DNA from: Phoronis australis
Lineage: Eukaryota; Animalia; Phoronida
DNA length: 64,000 bases
Direction: 5' to 3'
NCBI GenBank assembly: GCA_002633005.1
Contig: NMRA01000080.1
Coordinates: forward strand, 844,877 to 908,876
Shown here: positions 47,501-61,300 of the stretch, piece by piece
Layout: each line of letters begins with the position of its first letter
How positions within the stretch are numbered: the stretch's first letter is position 1
Translations under genes and position numbers: made by a program
The notes under the pieces: generated by a model
What the model was told of the DNA's origin: nothing
What the model saw: the letters and a program-made list of their open reading frames with translations, nothing else
Databases searched by the model: none

Positions 47501-48658
47501 CTCTGTTTCCTGGATAGAAACTATTTGACCAAATTTATGAAATTTCATCAAAGAAATCAAATTATAGAAAGCGCAGCCATGGGGGACAGCAGTAATCAAA
47601 TCATCAAAAAATTCGTGTGACGTCGGCCATTGTCATAACCATAGAAATGTATTTGCAAAAATTAATGAAGACCCTCGATGAGGTTCACGAGCTACAAATG
47701 CCGACTGTCCGTTTTCAAGGGTTGTAAAATACGAGTTGGTGTGTCCTTTCCATTGCCTGTTGCTTGAAAATAATAAAAAGCCCACATTTTTAATTTTTCA
47801 TTTCCTTAGTCACACAGAAAACTGTTAAGGAAATATTGTCTGAAATCATCAGCATCTCGCAAACTGGACTCCGAAGCACCTCAGAAATGGCTTAACATTA
47901 AAATAGGCATAATTTAACGCATTTTGTCGCTCCAATTGAGGTTAAAGGTAGCTGCAAAGATTGTCATACGCCGCGACGAAGGGAAATATGTCCGTGTAAA
48001 ATTTATAACTTTTCGAATCATAATTTGTCGCATCTCGGACTGGATGCCGCCATAGCCAACGAGGACCGGAGAATCTTCAGTCGGCTAGCCAGGCTGTGTT
48101 TTCATGACTATGAGTTGGAGCGCGATGCATTTTTCTTTACAAAAAGGACAGGGCCCTCAATCCCTCAATTTTGGGGCCAAATATCGGCCCTATTCCCCTC
48201 TCAAAAATATTGAAAATCCCCTTTGTGATTGAAAATTTCTCTCCAACGATTCAAATCACCTGTGACCACAGAGGTGACAATTTGAAAAATTACAAAATCA
48301 TAGGCAGATTGAGGGGGGGGNNNNNNNGACAGATTTCCTGAGCAGAAGGTATACATCCTCGGCGACCGCAACTTCCGGGCCGCCTGCATGCATACAATCG
48401 CGCTTTGCCCGCTTCTGCAAGGATGTCGGGCCTCCCCTTATGGTATCCTAGATCAGCCACTGAAAATGCTACTTGAGACAGAGCTATGAGAGCTTACAAC
48501 AGGGCGGGGTGCTATTGATGGTGATCGGCAGGTCAGTAGATTTTTCACTGACCCGTCACTCGGTGAAACGTTCCCCTCTCAGAAGGCCGCACAGGCACCT
48601 TTCCCCTCACCGGAATGTGAACGAGACCTCTGAAGAAACATGATAACTATGCTTGTTC

Positions 48659-48818
48659 CAGGGGGGATCCAGGACTTTGAGTTGGGGGGGCAAGGCAGAG
48701 TATTAGCCAGGATTTTGCCCGTCAGAAATTCGCGCTCCTGAACTGCCAAATGGAATTTGGGAGAATTTCAGGGGGGCCTGGGGCATAGCCCCTTGGCTCC
48801 CCTATAAATCCGCCACTG
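48659..48818. mobile_element. Small CAG(G/T)GGCGGAT-type MITE
   Basis: Ends CAGGGGGGATCCAG / TAAATCCGCCACTG; flanking TGTTC/TGTTC; related unpaired termini at 45179 and 48462. Confidence 0.6.
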
Positions 48819-49932
48819 TGTTCTGTCCAGTTAACTGAAATTGAGCTCTAAAACGAGGTTATGCTTTGGACGAAAGAATTAGGTGTTTGTAATTTTAAAA
48901 TTCAACTTGGTCGAGATTGATATTTGTACATGAAATAAACGTAATTATTAAAACCAAGAAAGCAGAATTGATGGTCATATATTTTTTTTTTCTGTTGTGA
49001 TCCTAGTTTTTATCGTAATCAAAATATATATTTAATAATATCAAGTATTATTTCAGATCAATGACAAATCAACTGTTAGTCCCGGTAGTGCCTACCTCAC
49101 CAGGAATTAGGCTATGCTTGAAGCTAATAGGCCTACTCTTGATCAGCAAATTAAACCAGATGAGACTAATTGCACATGACAGCAAAATGCTATGAGCCAC
49201 CACTGTCGAATATACCTTCAACTCGTCAATAATACGACCAGATGACCTGGTTCGTGTAGAAAGCATTTTTATCAAGAATTTATTAGAAGAAACGTAACAC
49301 TGCATGCGTTCACTTATTACCTAATCCGTAACACTACGATCGCCGCAATTAGGTCATGTTTACTTTTCATGGTTTCGAACCTAGTTTTCCGGAAAAAAGC
49401 CTATATCCTTTCGCCAGACAACTCTTTGGTGCATTGACTTGTTCTTTAATTGTATTTTTCTACGTCTCTGTGGTTAATTATTGACATTTTTTAAGATTTA
49501 ATATTCAGGTTGGACTCCAATTAAGACCGGCCATTTAACTTAGCTTTGTTTATCGCAGTGAGCTTCGCTTTGGATTTTAATGTCCGCCGCGTGAATAGAG
49601 TCTATACAGCTATACGTGTGCTGTGTTAATGACCGAGGCACACAGAAGCGATCTGACAGGTAAATGAAGCTCAAAGTGAATTCATAAGTCATCACTGAAT
49701 GGTCTCCCCCACCCTCCGTCTCCCTGAGACCTTTTGTGTTGGTTTAGCTCCATCGAGCTCATCGAAATGAACCTGTTCGTTTGGTACGCATGCTGGGAAC
49801 CTAAGTCCATATTTGGTTTGCGCTCAGCGGGACTTCACAGCACATAACTATATGGTGGGAGTGGCCTAACTGTGTTTGTCAGCACTGCCCATTGATTGCA
49901 TCTAATAGAACATAGAGTGCGCCAAGTCTCTT

Positions 49933-49960
49933 GTCACGTGACTTTTGAATTTCCCGCCAA
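49933..49960 (+). promoter_or_regulatory. Abutting E-box/CLEAR (GTCACGTGAC), CHR (TTTGAA) and E2F (TTTCCCGCC) motifs
   Basis: Direct motif match only; the regulated transcript was not identified. Confidence 0.35.
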
Positions 49961-52900
49961 TGATATTCAACTGAATGTAGCTATTCGAACCTGAGAACTA
50001 CTGCTATTGAGACAAGAGAGACGTGCGATTATTAATATATACGAAACGTTATTACTACTACAACGAGAACTATTATATATTGTGTGGAGTACCAGAACAA
50101 GTGAGAATCTGTCTCTCAAAGAGACCATATCATCTCCTGTGGATCCATCACCATGTAAGTACTCTGCTTTTATAACATGTGTTAAGTCCACGCTATTTTT
50201 TTGAAAACTACTATCCGGCAAACACTACAAAAATCACAACGTTGCTCAGGTCGTACCTTCTTGGAAAGGGTCGTTTGGGATGTGACTCTCAACAACTGTT
50301 CATTTGGATGAGCAAAAAAATTGGACATGGATTGACAAAGATGAGCAACGAGTTCAATTAAGTGAGAGTTTTGAAATGTGTAGTTGCATGAGGATTCTTT
50401 GTACGTTTGTGATAAATTTATTTGTCTTTATATTTTTCATACCATTATTAACTCGTTCGGCAACACTTCAAAATGGGATGAGCCAATTAATGTTTTTAAA
50501 CCCCGAACGCTCCGCAATTCAACATTGACAGCTAAAAGTTGGAGTTAGTATCAAGAAGCAACGTTGTTAGTTATAGCTGTGTAGTTGAAACGATAGACTC
50601 TCTTTCAAACTATTAACGGTAGTAGGTTACATTTTTTATTTCAGTTTCTTTCAGTAAGTATCTTAGATTAACCAACAGCCGTCAAAGAACGTGCAAAAAT
50701 ATCCTCATGTACTTTCATTCTATTTAAGCATAATGTTATTACTCTGTTAATTAACCTTAAAAGGTTATGTTGCCTTTATGAAGGATGAAGGACCTTTTGT
50801 GAAATTTGGCGTATTTTACTTATCTGAAATGTACTATCAATCTCTAGCAATCGGCTTTTATAAAAAGATATTAAAGGCACTCCAGGTCAGACCAGACCGC
50901 CCAACAAAGTGCTTCATCACAGGCGAATCGTGAACCAATACAATGCTTTTCAAGTGTTTGGGTGTTTTTGCCGCCATAATGGAAACCATCGTGGAAATTT
51001 ATTGAAAATCATGTCTAGAATACTAATTGCCTTTGTTATCGCTGGAGAGATTCAGCATCCTAGATCGAGCTTTAAACAGTCTTATAATGACCCAAGTGTA
51101 AGCAACACATGACGATTGTTGAACCCCGTTCGTGCTAAAATAAGAATTTAGTGCTCTCAAGTCCAAAATATATTAAACATTAAGCAAAATGCAAAAAATG
51201 ACGTCCTGTTCAAACTTTTTGTAGAGGAAACGATTAAAACAAGAATTAATTCAACGACGTCAAGTCACTGATAACAGATTTCCATTATGATTTTCAATTC
51301 GGCGAAAAGGTCACACATGGCAAAATCGTGAATGGACAAAAATGTTTAAATACATCATCTCACGACCATAAGTTATCATTTTTAGTTATAGTCTGTTAAT
51401 CGTTGTCTGCCATTTGTAATCGTATGACTGAGATGCTTTCCGGTGGTAAAATCTCTACAACCGTATGCCGTGGACATCATTTACTTTCACTGAAACATGA
51501 TCAGCAACCATTACCATCTCCAAATGCCGTTTTTGGAACCAATTCTTGTTTTCATTGTTCCCTCTGCCTATAATTTTGAACACTTTCAGCCTGTGCTCTA
51601 TGACATATACCGGTAATTCAGTTGTTAAGTTCATGGCTAAGCGCACAGTAATTCGCCTAGGTAAAGAGCATAAACTGCTGATAAAAAGTAGCACACTCAA
51701 ATGTTTAATAATCATTGAGCCTACTTGAATTTCTCTGAATCTTGCATCACCCCAATGATATCCCCAGGGCCCCCGCTAGTTAGCGAAAGTGAGAATTTCA
51801 CAGCCCTGCCTCAATGCTTGGTCTCCGATCCTGCCGGCCAGAAAAATACGATTTTCATGATAAAGAAAGCCGGGCACAGAGATCATCTAACATGAAGTCA
51901 TTACTGATTTTCTACTCACTGTACTAGAATTCTTTCCAGAAGTCCGGCTATCGTTTTATTTGTACCTATATAAGCTTTCGTACAAATTAGGTAAAGCTAG
52001 TTCAGGAGCGCTAGGACCTCAATAGCGCTGGTTCCCTGGAAGTCCGCTAGGGGGAAGACGACACTCACGTCATTTGTAAATACAATGTTTACACCAGCGG
52101 TTCTGACTGGCTCAGTGGTCGAATCGTCAAAAGGTAGCGCTTCATATGTAAACAAACGGGCATTGCTGGCGGAGGAAGTACTTATGTGAAATGATACAGT
52201 TAGTGGCCTGTTGTACGAACAATTCAGGGCGATATGTTCGAGAAATGCGAATCGGAAAGTTAAGGTTGTAACTATGCATTTTTGTAGCCTGTTGGCATTA
52301 CAGCCTGAGTGTGCATTTCGGCAATCGCGATGTCAAGCTCATAACGAACTTCCCACATGTCCCACTCTGACTCAGATAACTCACTGTACTCGGTCTTTCT
52401 GAATGAAGTTATGTATGATACTGCAGAGAGAAACCTTGGTTCGCAAGGATGTTGACAAGGTTAAAAATCGTTCACAGTTCGTCATTATTTTTTATTTGTT
52501 TCAAAACTAACCAATGATGAGTAAAGTAACTGTGGACTTGTGGTTAATTGACCATTTTTGTTTTTTTCTTAGGTTTGGATCTTTCTGACCATGGCCGCCT
52601 GGCATCAACCACCAGCCGATCTACTGCATGTATTGATGAACTTCGTTGCATCTACGCTTGCCGTCATCGACTAGTCGCATGTCAATTACATCAAGGAGTA
52701 GCACATTCCTGCATAATTCAGGATGAACTGAAGTTATGGGAGATGAGTTCTTTTATGTCTACAGTGCTTCATACTCAGATGGGTTCGTAGGCAAGTTCGG
52801 TCGATTGCCAACCGCCCAAATTTACAAATCTTCGCATTTAAATGCTCACACTTTACCTGATGCCCAAATTCAATTGTAACAATTCCTTGAGAGTTTCCTA

Positions 52901-53004
52901 AAATTGTCAGTGTCTAAGTGTCGGTGCCAGTTTGCCAAAAAAATTAGTTCTCAAAACAAACGCATTTTGTTCACCTTTAGGTAACTCGTATTGCCATGTA
53001 AATT

Positions 53005-54825
53005 TTGCAGTTCACAACCGTGAAACACCCGAAGTAGTTTGGCAGATGAACAGAGAATTCATGGTCATAACCGCTAATTCTGTCATCACGTCGGGGAATT
53101 CCAGGTCGTTCTGGTTGATCACTGTGGTGTGTACTGTGCCGTCCGCATGTCAGCTGTCCATGTACCAGCGAATGTCCATACATCGAAGATTGCTGTCTAA
53201 TCTCTGAATATCGACTGTCCGTGCGTTGGTGCCTTGGATCGACTGTTCGCATATCAGCCATCCACTTCCCGAGGAATGTCCACACATTGAAGTTCACCAT
53301 CTACTGTCTGCATATCGAACATTCACGTATCAATGGAACATCCAAACATCGAGGATTGGCATCTTCTGTTCACAAACTGATTGTTCACGCATCAATGTCT
53401 GCTATCAGCCGTTCGCATATCGATTATCCACTCATTGAGTAGCATTCCCACATTAAGGATTGTCATCTGCCGTTTGCGTGTCAACCATCCACACATAGAG
53501 GAACATCCACATATCCAGGATTGCCATCGACTGTTCGCATATCGGCTACCCACACATTGCAGAACTTCCATACATTCGAGGATTGCCCTCTACTGTCTCT
53601 GTGTCGACCATCCACATATCGAGAAATGTCCATGTATTGAGGATAGCCATCTTCTGTACACATGTTAGCCATCCACATGTCGATAGGTGTCCACTCATCG
53701 AGGATGACCTTCTACTGTCTACAAACCACCTGTTCATGCAACGATGTCTGCCCTCGGTTGTCAGCATTTCGATCTTCTTCACATCAAGGAATGTTCACAC
53801 ATCTAGGATCTTCAACTCCCATCCTCCTGCTGATCATGTTTCCACTGATGCACGCCCTTGATCATATGCATATTGACTGTCCTCCCACCGGGACAGTCAA
53901 TATGCATATGGTCAATAGACTGTACGTATAATGACTGTCCCGGTGGGGGGACAGTCAATATACGTACGGTGGATGGCAGGCATCAGTGGACACATGATCG
54001 GTAGGTTAATGGTAGTTGAGGGTTCTAGCTGTGTGAATGTTCCATGATGTGTGGAAGGTTGTTATGCAGATGGCCGATGGTAGATGTTGTTGTGTGAACA
54101 GTTGGTTTGTAGCCAGTAGATGGTGAACCTTGACGAGTGGATGTTTATCGGTGTGAGGGTAGTTGACATTTGTACAGAGGATGGCGATCCTCGATGCATG
54201 GACATTTCTCGGTATGGGGAAGGTTGACATATAGATAGTGGACGTCAATCCTTGAATGAATGGATGTTCCACGATATGTGGGCTGTCGGTATGCAAACAG
54301 TTGATTGGTAATCTTGGATATGGGATGTTCCACTATGTGTCTATGGTTGGCATGCGAACAGCAGATGACAGTTCTTGATGCGAGGATGTTTCTTGGTGTT
54401 TGGAAGATCGACATGTGAACAGTTGATGGCAGCCATTGGTGTGCAAACAGTCTGGTTGTGGAGAGAAGATGACGATCCACGATGTGTGGATGGTCCTTGG
54501 TATGTGAACGATCGGTATGCAGGTGTTAGATGGTGAACCTCGGTGTATGGATGTTCCTCGATGTGTGAATGGTTGACATGCGAACAGTTGATATCAGGTG
54601 TCGATGTGCGAACAGTCTTTGTTCGGATATTAGATGGAAGGCTTTGATGTATGGACACTCTTTGGTGCCTGCACAGTTGATATTGGGATCGCATAATACA
54701 CGGCAAAGGGATACGATGAATTGATCAAGAATTCCCCAATGAGATGGCCGAATTAGCTCTAAGTGATCAAGTCTTCCTGCTGATTCAGTCTCAGTACTTC
54801 TGCTGTATACGTGGTGAACTGTTCA
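53005..54825. repeat. About 1.8-kb imperfect palindrome (foldback-like) built from about 61-bp repeats, with a double hairpin at the centre
   Basis: 53005-53857 aligns by eye with the reverse complement of 53971-54825; hairpins at 53858-53915 and 53919-53970. Confidence 0.85.
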
Positions 54826-55399
54826 CATGTTTAACATCCGTCTGTTGAGAAATATCCACACTGTCGTTTATGCACTGATGGTCGTGCACTATGGTTGTGT
54901 CAAAAATCATCAGTTCTCTGGCGCAAACAAACTGAGTGTTCAGGTAAACATCAATCCCCGACTGTCTCAAAAAATTTCTTAGTGAGTTTCAAGACCGTGA
55001 GCTGTGTTATAACATGTCGTTGTATTAAGAGAACTCGAGATGCCTAGTTTCAGCCGTTCACTCTAGGAAAGAGGAGGATGGAATGGGGGATGGCTATATC
55101 TACCATCAGCAACCTGGCTTCCAGCATCACCGTCTATGATTGACATGTATGGATGGACAAGGTAATATGAGTGTGCGTCTGTATGTTTAGGTTGAGTGCA
55201 ACAATGCGAAACATGGATGAGATGACAACGACAGAAAATTTGAGTATGTGCATTATGATTTTTTTGCAGGAGGCGGGGTAAATGAGACTATTGAGCACTA
55301 GAGTGTGAACTATGAGAAGAATGTCACTTGGGTGTCCCTGGTTTTTACTGGGAAATAATGAGCAGTGTTATGACTTGTTAACCGAATAGTCCTCGCCTT

Positions 55400-58300
55400 G
55401 AAAAGAGTAAAACTTTCCTGTCTATAAGTCCAATAACTGCCATGAAACGGATGAAGTGTGACGAACTAGAAATTCTGCAGAAAGTAATCAATTTATGAAT
55501 TATCAGAGGACAAATTAATAAACCCTTGGTGAGCCAAGTAGTGTATATGCTAAATCAAGTTGTGACTGCTTTCTTCATAAAGTTTTAAATTATATAATTC
55601 ATAGTCATCGCTGACAAGTAATATTTGGTGTTTCGTGTGTGAGAAAAGCAACTGGTGCTTCTTTGTTGAATTGTTCCAGGCAACATTGTATGACAGGGTG
55701 GCTCAACAAAGTAGAGTGGTCTTAATACCCCAAAAAGAATTTATTGAATTTTGAATGGGTAATGCATTATGAATTGAACAAAACGGTGCATCAAGTTAAT
55801 GCAGTCATGTGAAATTCGATAATTGAATGAATCTGTTGAGTGTCATCAAATAACAGAGATTTTATGAGCCGTAAAATACTAAACACAAATGAACTTGAAA
55901 AGTTAAATGGATCTGCAATCTCATCTATAAAGAAACATTGATTTCAAGTTGTGATGAATCCATGAAACGCCGCGAATAAATGGAGTCTTGAAGTACGACA
56001 AGTGAATGAAGCTGAAATTCCGTGAGTTAATGAACCTTCAAACGCAGTTATAAATTAATACATGTGTAAAATGCACCTATCAAAGGAATGTGTTTAATGA
56101 TGAAATTGGAAGCCAGGAATGTTATAACTGGAGTCGTGAAATGCGTTGCGAAAAGCGAGGAAATCAGGATTAGTAGAGCAAAAATATCGCAGTAGTTAAG
56201 CTGGTGTAGCATAATGACAGAACGGCTGTGAAACGGAGTGTGACGAAGCAAAATGGTAAACACAAGTGAGCCTGTAAAATGCAGAATACAATGGACCCAT
56301 GAAATGAGTTAATAGACAATAAAAGCTGAGCTGGGTAAAGTCTTGCGTGGTGGGCTAATGACAATTATTAAGTGTCATTGGTTAAGGAAATTATAACATG
56401 TGACAAATTAATGGTGAAATGGTATGAACCTGAAGAATCCATGAAATGCTATGACTAATTGAAACCGTTGAGTTGTGAAGCTAAATGCAAAAATAAATGA
56501 ACCCAAAAAGTGTAAGTTAACAAACCAATAAAATGCGAGTTAATGACAAAAACCTGCAAAACAGTATAAAACAAACGAAACTATGAAATGTGGAATATTC
56601 ATGGGCTAATGAAATGGGAAAGTTTAATGATTGTGTAAAGTATCACAAAGCTAAAGGGTGTGACGAAGAAAAATGAAGTTGTAAAATGAGAGATTGACCG
56701 AAAAAGAATTCGCGAAATACAGCGAATGAATGGAGTCTTGAAGTACGACAAGTGAGTGAAACTGAAATTCCGTGAGTTAATGAACCTTCAAACGCAGTTA
56801 TAAATTAATACATGTGTAAAATGCACCTATCAAAGGAATGTGTTTAATGATGAAATTGGAAGCCAGGAATGTTGTAACTGGAGTCGTGAAATGCGTTGCG
56901 AAAAGTGAGGAAATCAGGATTAGTAGAGCAAAAATATCGCAGTAGTTAAGCTGGTGTAGCATAATGACAGAACGGCTGTGAAACGGAGTGCGATGAAGCA
57001 AAATGGTAAACACAAGTGAGCCTGTAAAATGCAGAATACAATGGACCCATGAAATGAGTTAATAGACAATAAAAGCTGAGCTGGGTAAAGTCTTGCGTGG
57101 TGGGCTAATGACAATTATTAAGTGTCATTGGTTAAGGAAATTATAACATGTGAAAAATTAATGGTGAAATGGTATGAACCTGAAGAATCCATGAAATGCT
57201 ATGACTAATTGAAACCGTTGAGTTGTGAAGCTAAATGCAAAAATATATGAACCCAAAAAGTGTAAGTTAACAAACCAATAAAATGCGAGTTAATGACAAA
57301 AACCTGCAAAACAGTATAAAACAAACGAAACTATGAAATGTGGAATATTCATGGGCTAATGAAATGGGAAAGTTTAATGATTGTGTAAAGTATCACAAAG
57401 CTAAAGGGTGTGACGAAGAAAAATGAAGTTGTAAAATGAGAGATTGACCGAAAAAGAATTCGCGAAATACAGCGAATGAATGGAGTCTTGAAGTACGACA
57501 AGTGAGTGAAACTGAAATTCCGTGAGTTAATGAACCTTCAAACGCAGTTATAAATTAATACATGTGTAAAATGCACCTATCAAAGGAATGTGTTTAATGA
57601 TGAAATTGGAAGCCAGGAATGTTGTAACTGGAGTCGTGAAATGCGTTGCGAAAAGTGAGGAAATCAGGATTAGTAGAGCAAAAATATCGCAGTAGTTAAG
57701 CTGGTGTAGCATAATGACAGAACGGCTGTGAAACGGAGTGCGATGAAGCAAAATGGTAAACACAAGTGAGCCTGTAAAATGCAGAATACAATGGACCCAT
57801 GAAATGAGTTAATAGACAATAAAAGCTGAGCTGGGTAAAGTCTTGCGTGGTGGGCTAATGACAATTATTAAGTGTCATTGGTTAAGGAAATTATAACATG
57901 TGACAAATTAATGGTGAAATGGTATGAACCTGAAGAATCCATGAAATGCTATGACTAATTGAAACCGTTGAGTTGTGAAGCTAAATGCAAAAATATATGA
58001 ACCCAAAAAGTGTAAGTTAACAAACCAATAAAATGCGAGTTAATGACAAAAACCTGCAAAACAGTATAAAACAAACGAAACTATGAAATGTGGAATATTC
58101 ATGGGCTAATGAAATGGGAAAGTTTAATGATTGTGTAAAATATCACAAAGCTAAAGGGTGTGACGAAGAAAAATGAAGTTGTAAAATGAGAGATTGACCG
58201 AAAAAGAATTCGCGAAATACAGCGAATGAATATAGTCTTGAAGTACGACAAGTAAGTGAAACTGAAATTCCACGAATTAATGGATCTTCAAACGCAGTAA

Positions 58301-61300
58301 TAAATTAATCCCTGTGTAAAATGCACCTATCAAAGAAACGTGTTTAATGATGAAAGTGGAAGCCAAGAATATTATAACTGGAGTCGTGAAATGTGATGAA
58401 TTGACAAACCTTCAAATTATTGGTTTGTGAAAAGCAAGGAATTCAGGATTAGTAGAGCAGAAAAGTTAATGGTACAATGATGTCTGCCAAATTAATAATC
58501 ATCAAAAATATCACCACCATTAAGCTGGTGTAGCATAATGACAGAACCTTTAAAATGAACTTCCCTATTGAGTGTGAGGAAGCAAAATGAGCCTGTAAAA
58601 TGCTAAATATAATGGACCCATGAAATATGAGTTAAAATACAAGTAAAATGTGAGGGTAACCCAATGTGGTACTCATTCAATAAACATCACAAATACCAAA
58701 GGTTAATTGAGATCATGTGTAAGTTCGGAAAATTGAATGAGTCCATAAAAAGACTTGAAATACAGCCTCAATTATAATGTAGCCTGAGCATCGCGATGGG
58801 GCGGCTTGACTTGTGTACACCATTGGTTATCAGGATTGAATGAATTAATAGTACATCAAATTAATGGAGTCCTGTGAAGTACGGCAATAATATCTGATAA
58901 ATCAACAATAAAACGGGAATAGCTTGATGGTAGAAACTGATATAAACATAGGCATTGAGTGCAAGGAAGTAAAATGCTAAAACTAAACTAACCTCTAAAA
59001 TAGGAAACCAAAGGGCCATGAAGTATCATGTGACGGTAATCAAAGTCCTACACTGTTGCTAGTCAAACGTGTCTCGCCAATATAAAAAGTTAATGGAAAT
59101 AATATTTGGGACAACTTATTGAATTCTGAAAATTTCTGGAATGAACAAATTCCTGAAAAGTAATGAATTAACACAGCTGGAATATGTTACAAAGAAAGGA
59201 AACATGCAAAGGGTTATAAAATTGAAATCGAAAATCTATTAAAAATAAACAGAGATGTGATGATTTGTTCAATGAGTGAAAAAGGAAGGTAGGGATGGTG
59301 AATGAGCAGGAGACAATGAATTGAATAGATAGCTGAATTCAGCCCAAAGGAACATGTTGATCGAACATGGCTATCAAAACCATAGATTTCTTCACAATTA
59401 CGGTATTCCTGAAAGTAACTTCCGGACCCAGGTCTGGCTAAATCTAGAGTTCGTTCACCATCCTGAGGCTAAGGGCAATGCAGCATTTTTTATTTTTTCA
59501 TGCTAATCTTTCAATGCTGGGAGAAGTTTTTGCATTTACTAATGGGTTTACAGTTGTATTTTGTGCTGCACCAAGTGGTGGTTCCTTTTTCACAAACACT
59601 AAAATTATGTAATTCATCGTTAGCAATTACATTCAACATTATGTTTCCAACACGGGAGGAGCGCAACTTGTTTTTTCGGTGAATTATGCTATATATCATT
59701 TTATAGCATGATGGAACAACAAAATGGGTGCACACCACCACTTATCAGAATGGTTTTAATACCCCCAAAGATATAGTGAAATAAGAATGGAGTAATGCAT
59801 CATGAATTGAAAACATGAGCGCATTGAATTGGTGGAGACCTGTGAAATGGAACAATTGAATGAGTCTGTAGAATGTCATTAAACGAACATCGAAATAAAA
59901 GATCTGTAAAATACTAAAATAAGTGAACTCGGAAAATTCGATGGATTGATGATCTGTCATACACGAAGAAACATTTTAAGTGGTTAAGAAACCCATGAAA
60001 TGCATGGAACAAATGGGGTCTAGTAGTACCGCAAATGAATGAAAGTGTGAAATTCAATGAATTAATGATCTAAAAATTCAGGAATATATTAATCCCTGTG
60101 TAAAGCACTGCTATTAAAGGAATATTTTAATGGTGTAATTGGAAGCTAAAAATGTTATGACTTGAATTGACAAACCATTAAAAGATGATGAGTTACTGCT
60201 TTTGTGAAAAGCAATGTATTAAATTTCAATACTTAAAAGGATTTGTGAAACAGAATAAATTATTAGGACAGTAATGTCAGACAATTTAATAAGCCCCAAA
60301 ATATCACAATCAATAGACTGGTGTACACGAATGACAGATCTTGTAAAGTAAATGTTTCCATAGAGTGCGAGGGAGCAAAAGGCTAAAAACAATTGAACCA
60401 ATAAATGCAAAAATACGAGACCCATGAAATATGATGTAATTAATAGAACATGGAGGTAACCGTAATTGCCCTGTGGTATTAGTTCAAGAGATGATGTTGT
60501 CTGAGCAAAGGGGCAATTTGATGTGTGCACACCATGGATTATCAGAATGCTCTTAACAACCCCAAATAATGTAGAAATATTTGATTGGTAAAATGCACCA
60601 ATTATTGAAGAAAACAACGCGTCAACTTGCTGGAGCCCTTTGAAATGTGACAATTGAAGGAGTTTGTAGTGTCATGAAAGGAATAGAGAAATAAATAACC
60701 TGTAAAATGTATAAAAGTTGTGAGTTCTTGAAAGTTGACAAATCAATGAACCGTAATATTTTAAGGATAAAGAAATATTTCAAGTGGTAAAGAACCCATG
60801 ACATTCAACATATTAATGGGGTCTTGAAGTGGAGGCAAGGAAATGAAATTGTGATTTAATGAAGCGGTGAATGAGCAAATCTAAGCAGTAATCGAATAAT
60901 CCCTGTGTAAAACGCAACTATAATTAAAAGCTGAAACCGTTCCAATGGAGTCGTGAAATGAGGTGAAAAATTACATTTTTTGGTTCTCTGTGAAGCAATG
61001 AATGAAGGATTCGTGCAACTGAACAAATTAAAGGTGCAATAATATTTGGAGAAATGATGAATCCCCAAAATATAACAAATAAAACTGGTTTAACGTAATG
61101 ATAGAACCTGATAAATAAACAGAGGTGTTGATTGCAAGGAAGTAAAACGCTAAAAATGAATCTATGAAATGAGAAATCCAATGGGCCATTGAAATATCAT
61201 GAGGTAATGTGACAATATTAAAGTCCTACAGTGTTTTTAGTCAAACGTGTCCCACTAATACTAAAGGTTCACAGAAATAAGAATAAGGACAACTGATTGA

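Noticed and set aside
45179-48462. A single 3.3-kb transposon bounded by CAGTGG...CCACTG
   Set aside because: No TSD, an assembly gap inside, and no recognisable transposase remnant; the termini may belong to different copies.
53221-54706. His/Cys-rich ORFs (HPHIEEHPHIQDCH...) suggesting a metal-binding repeat protein
   Set aside because: The repeat unit is about 61 bp, so the frame shifts every unit; similar ORFs appear in several frames and on both arms of the palindrome.
56048-57864. Triplicated hydrophobic 64-71 aa ORFs
   Set aside because: A by-product of the T-rich minus strand of the 750-bp repeat; no recognisable protein family.
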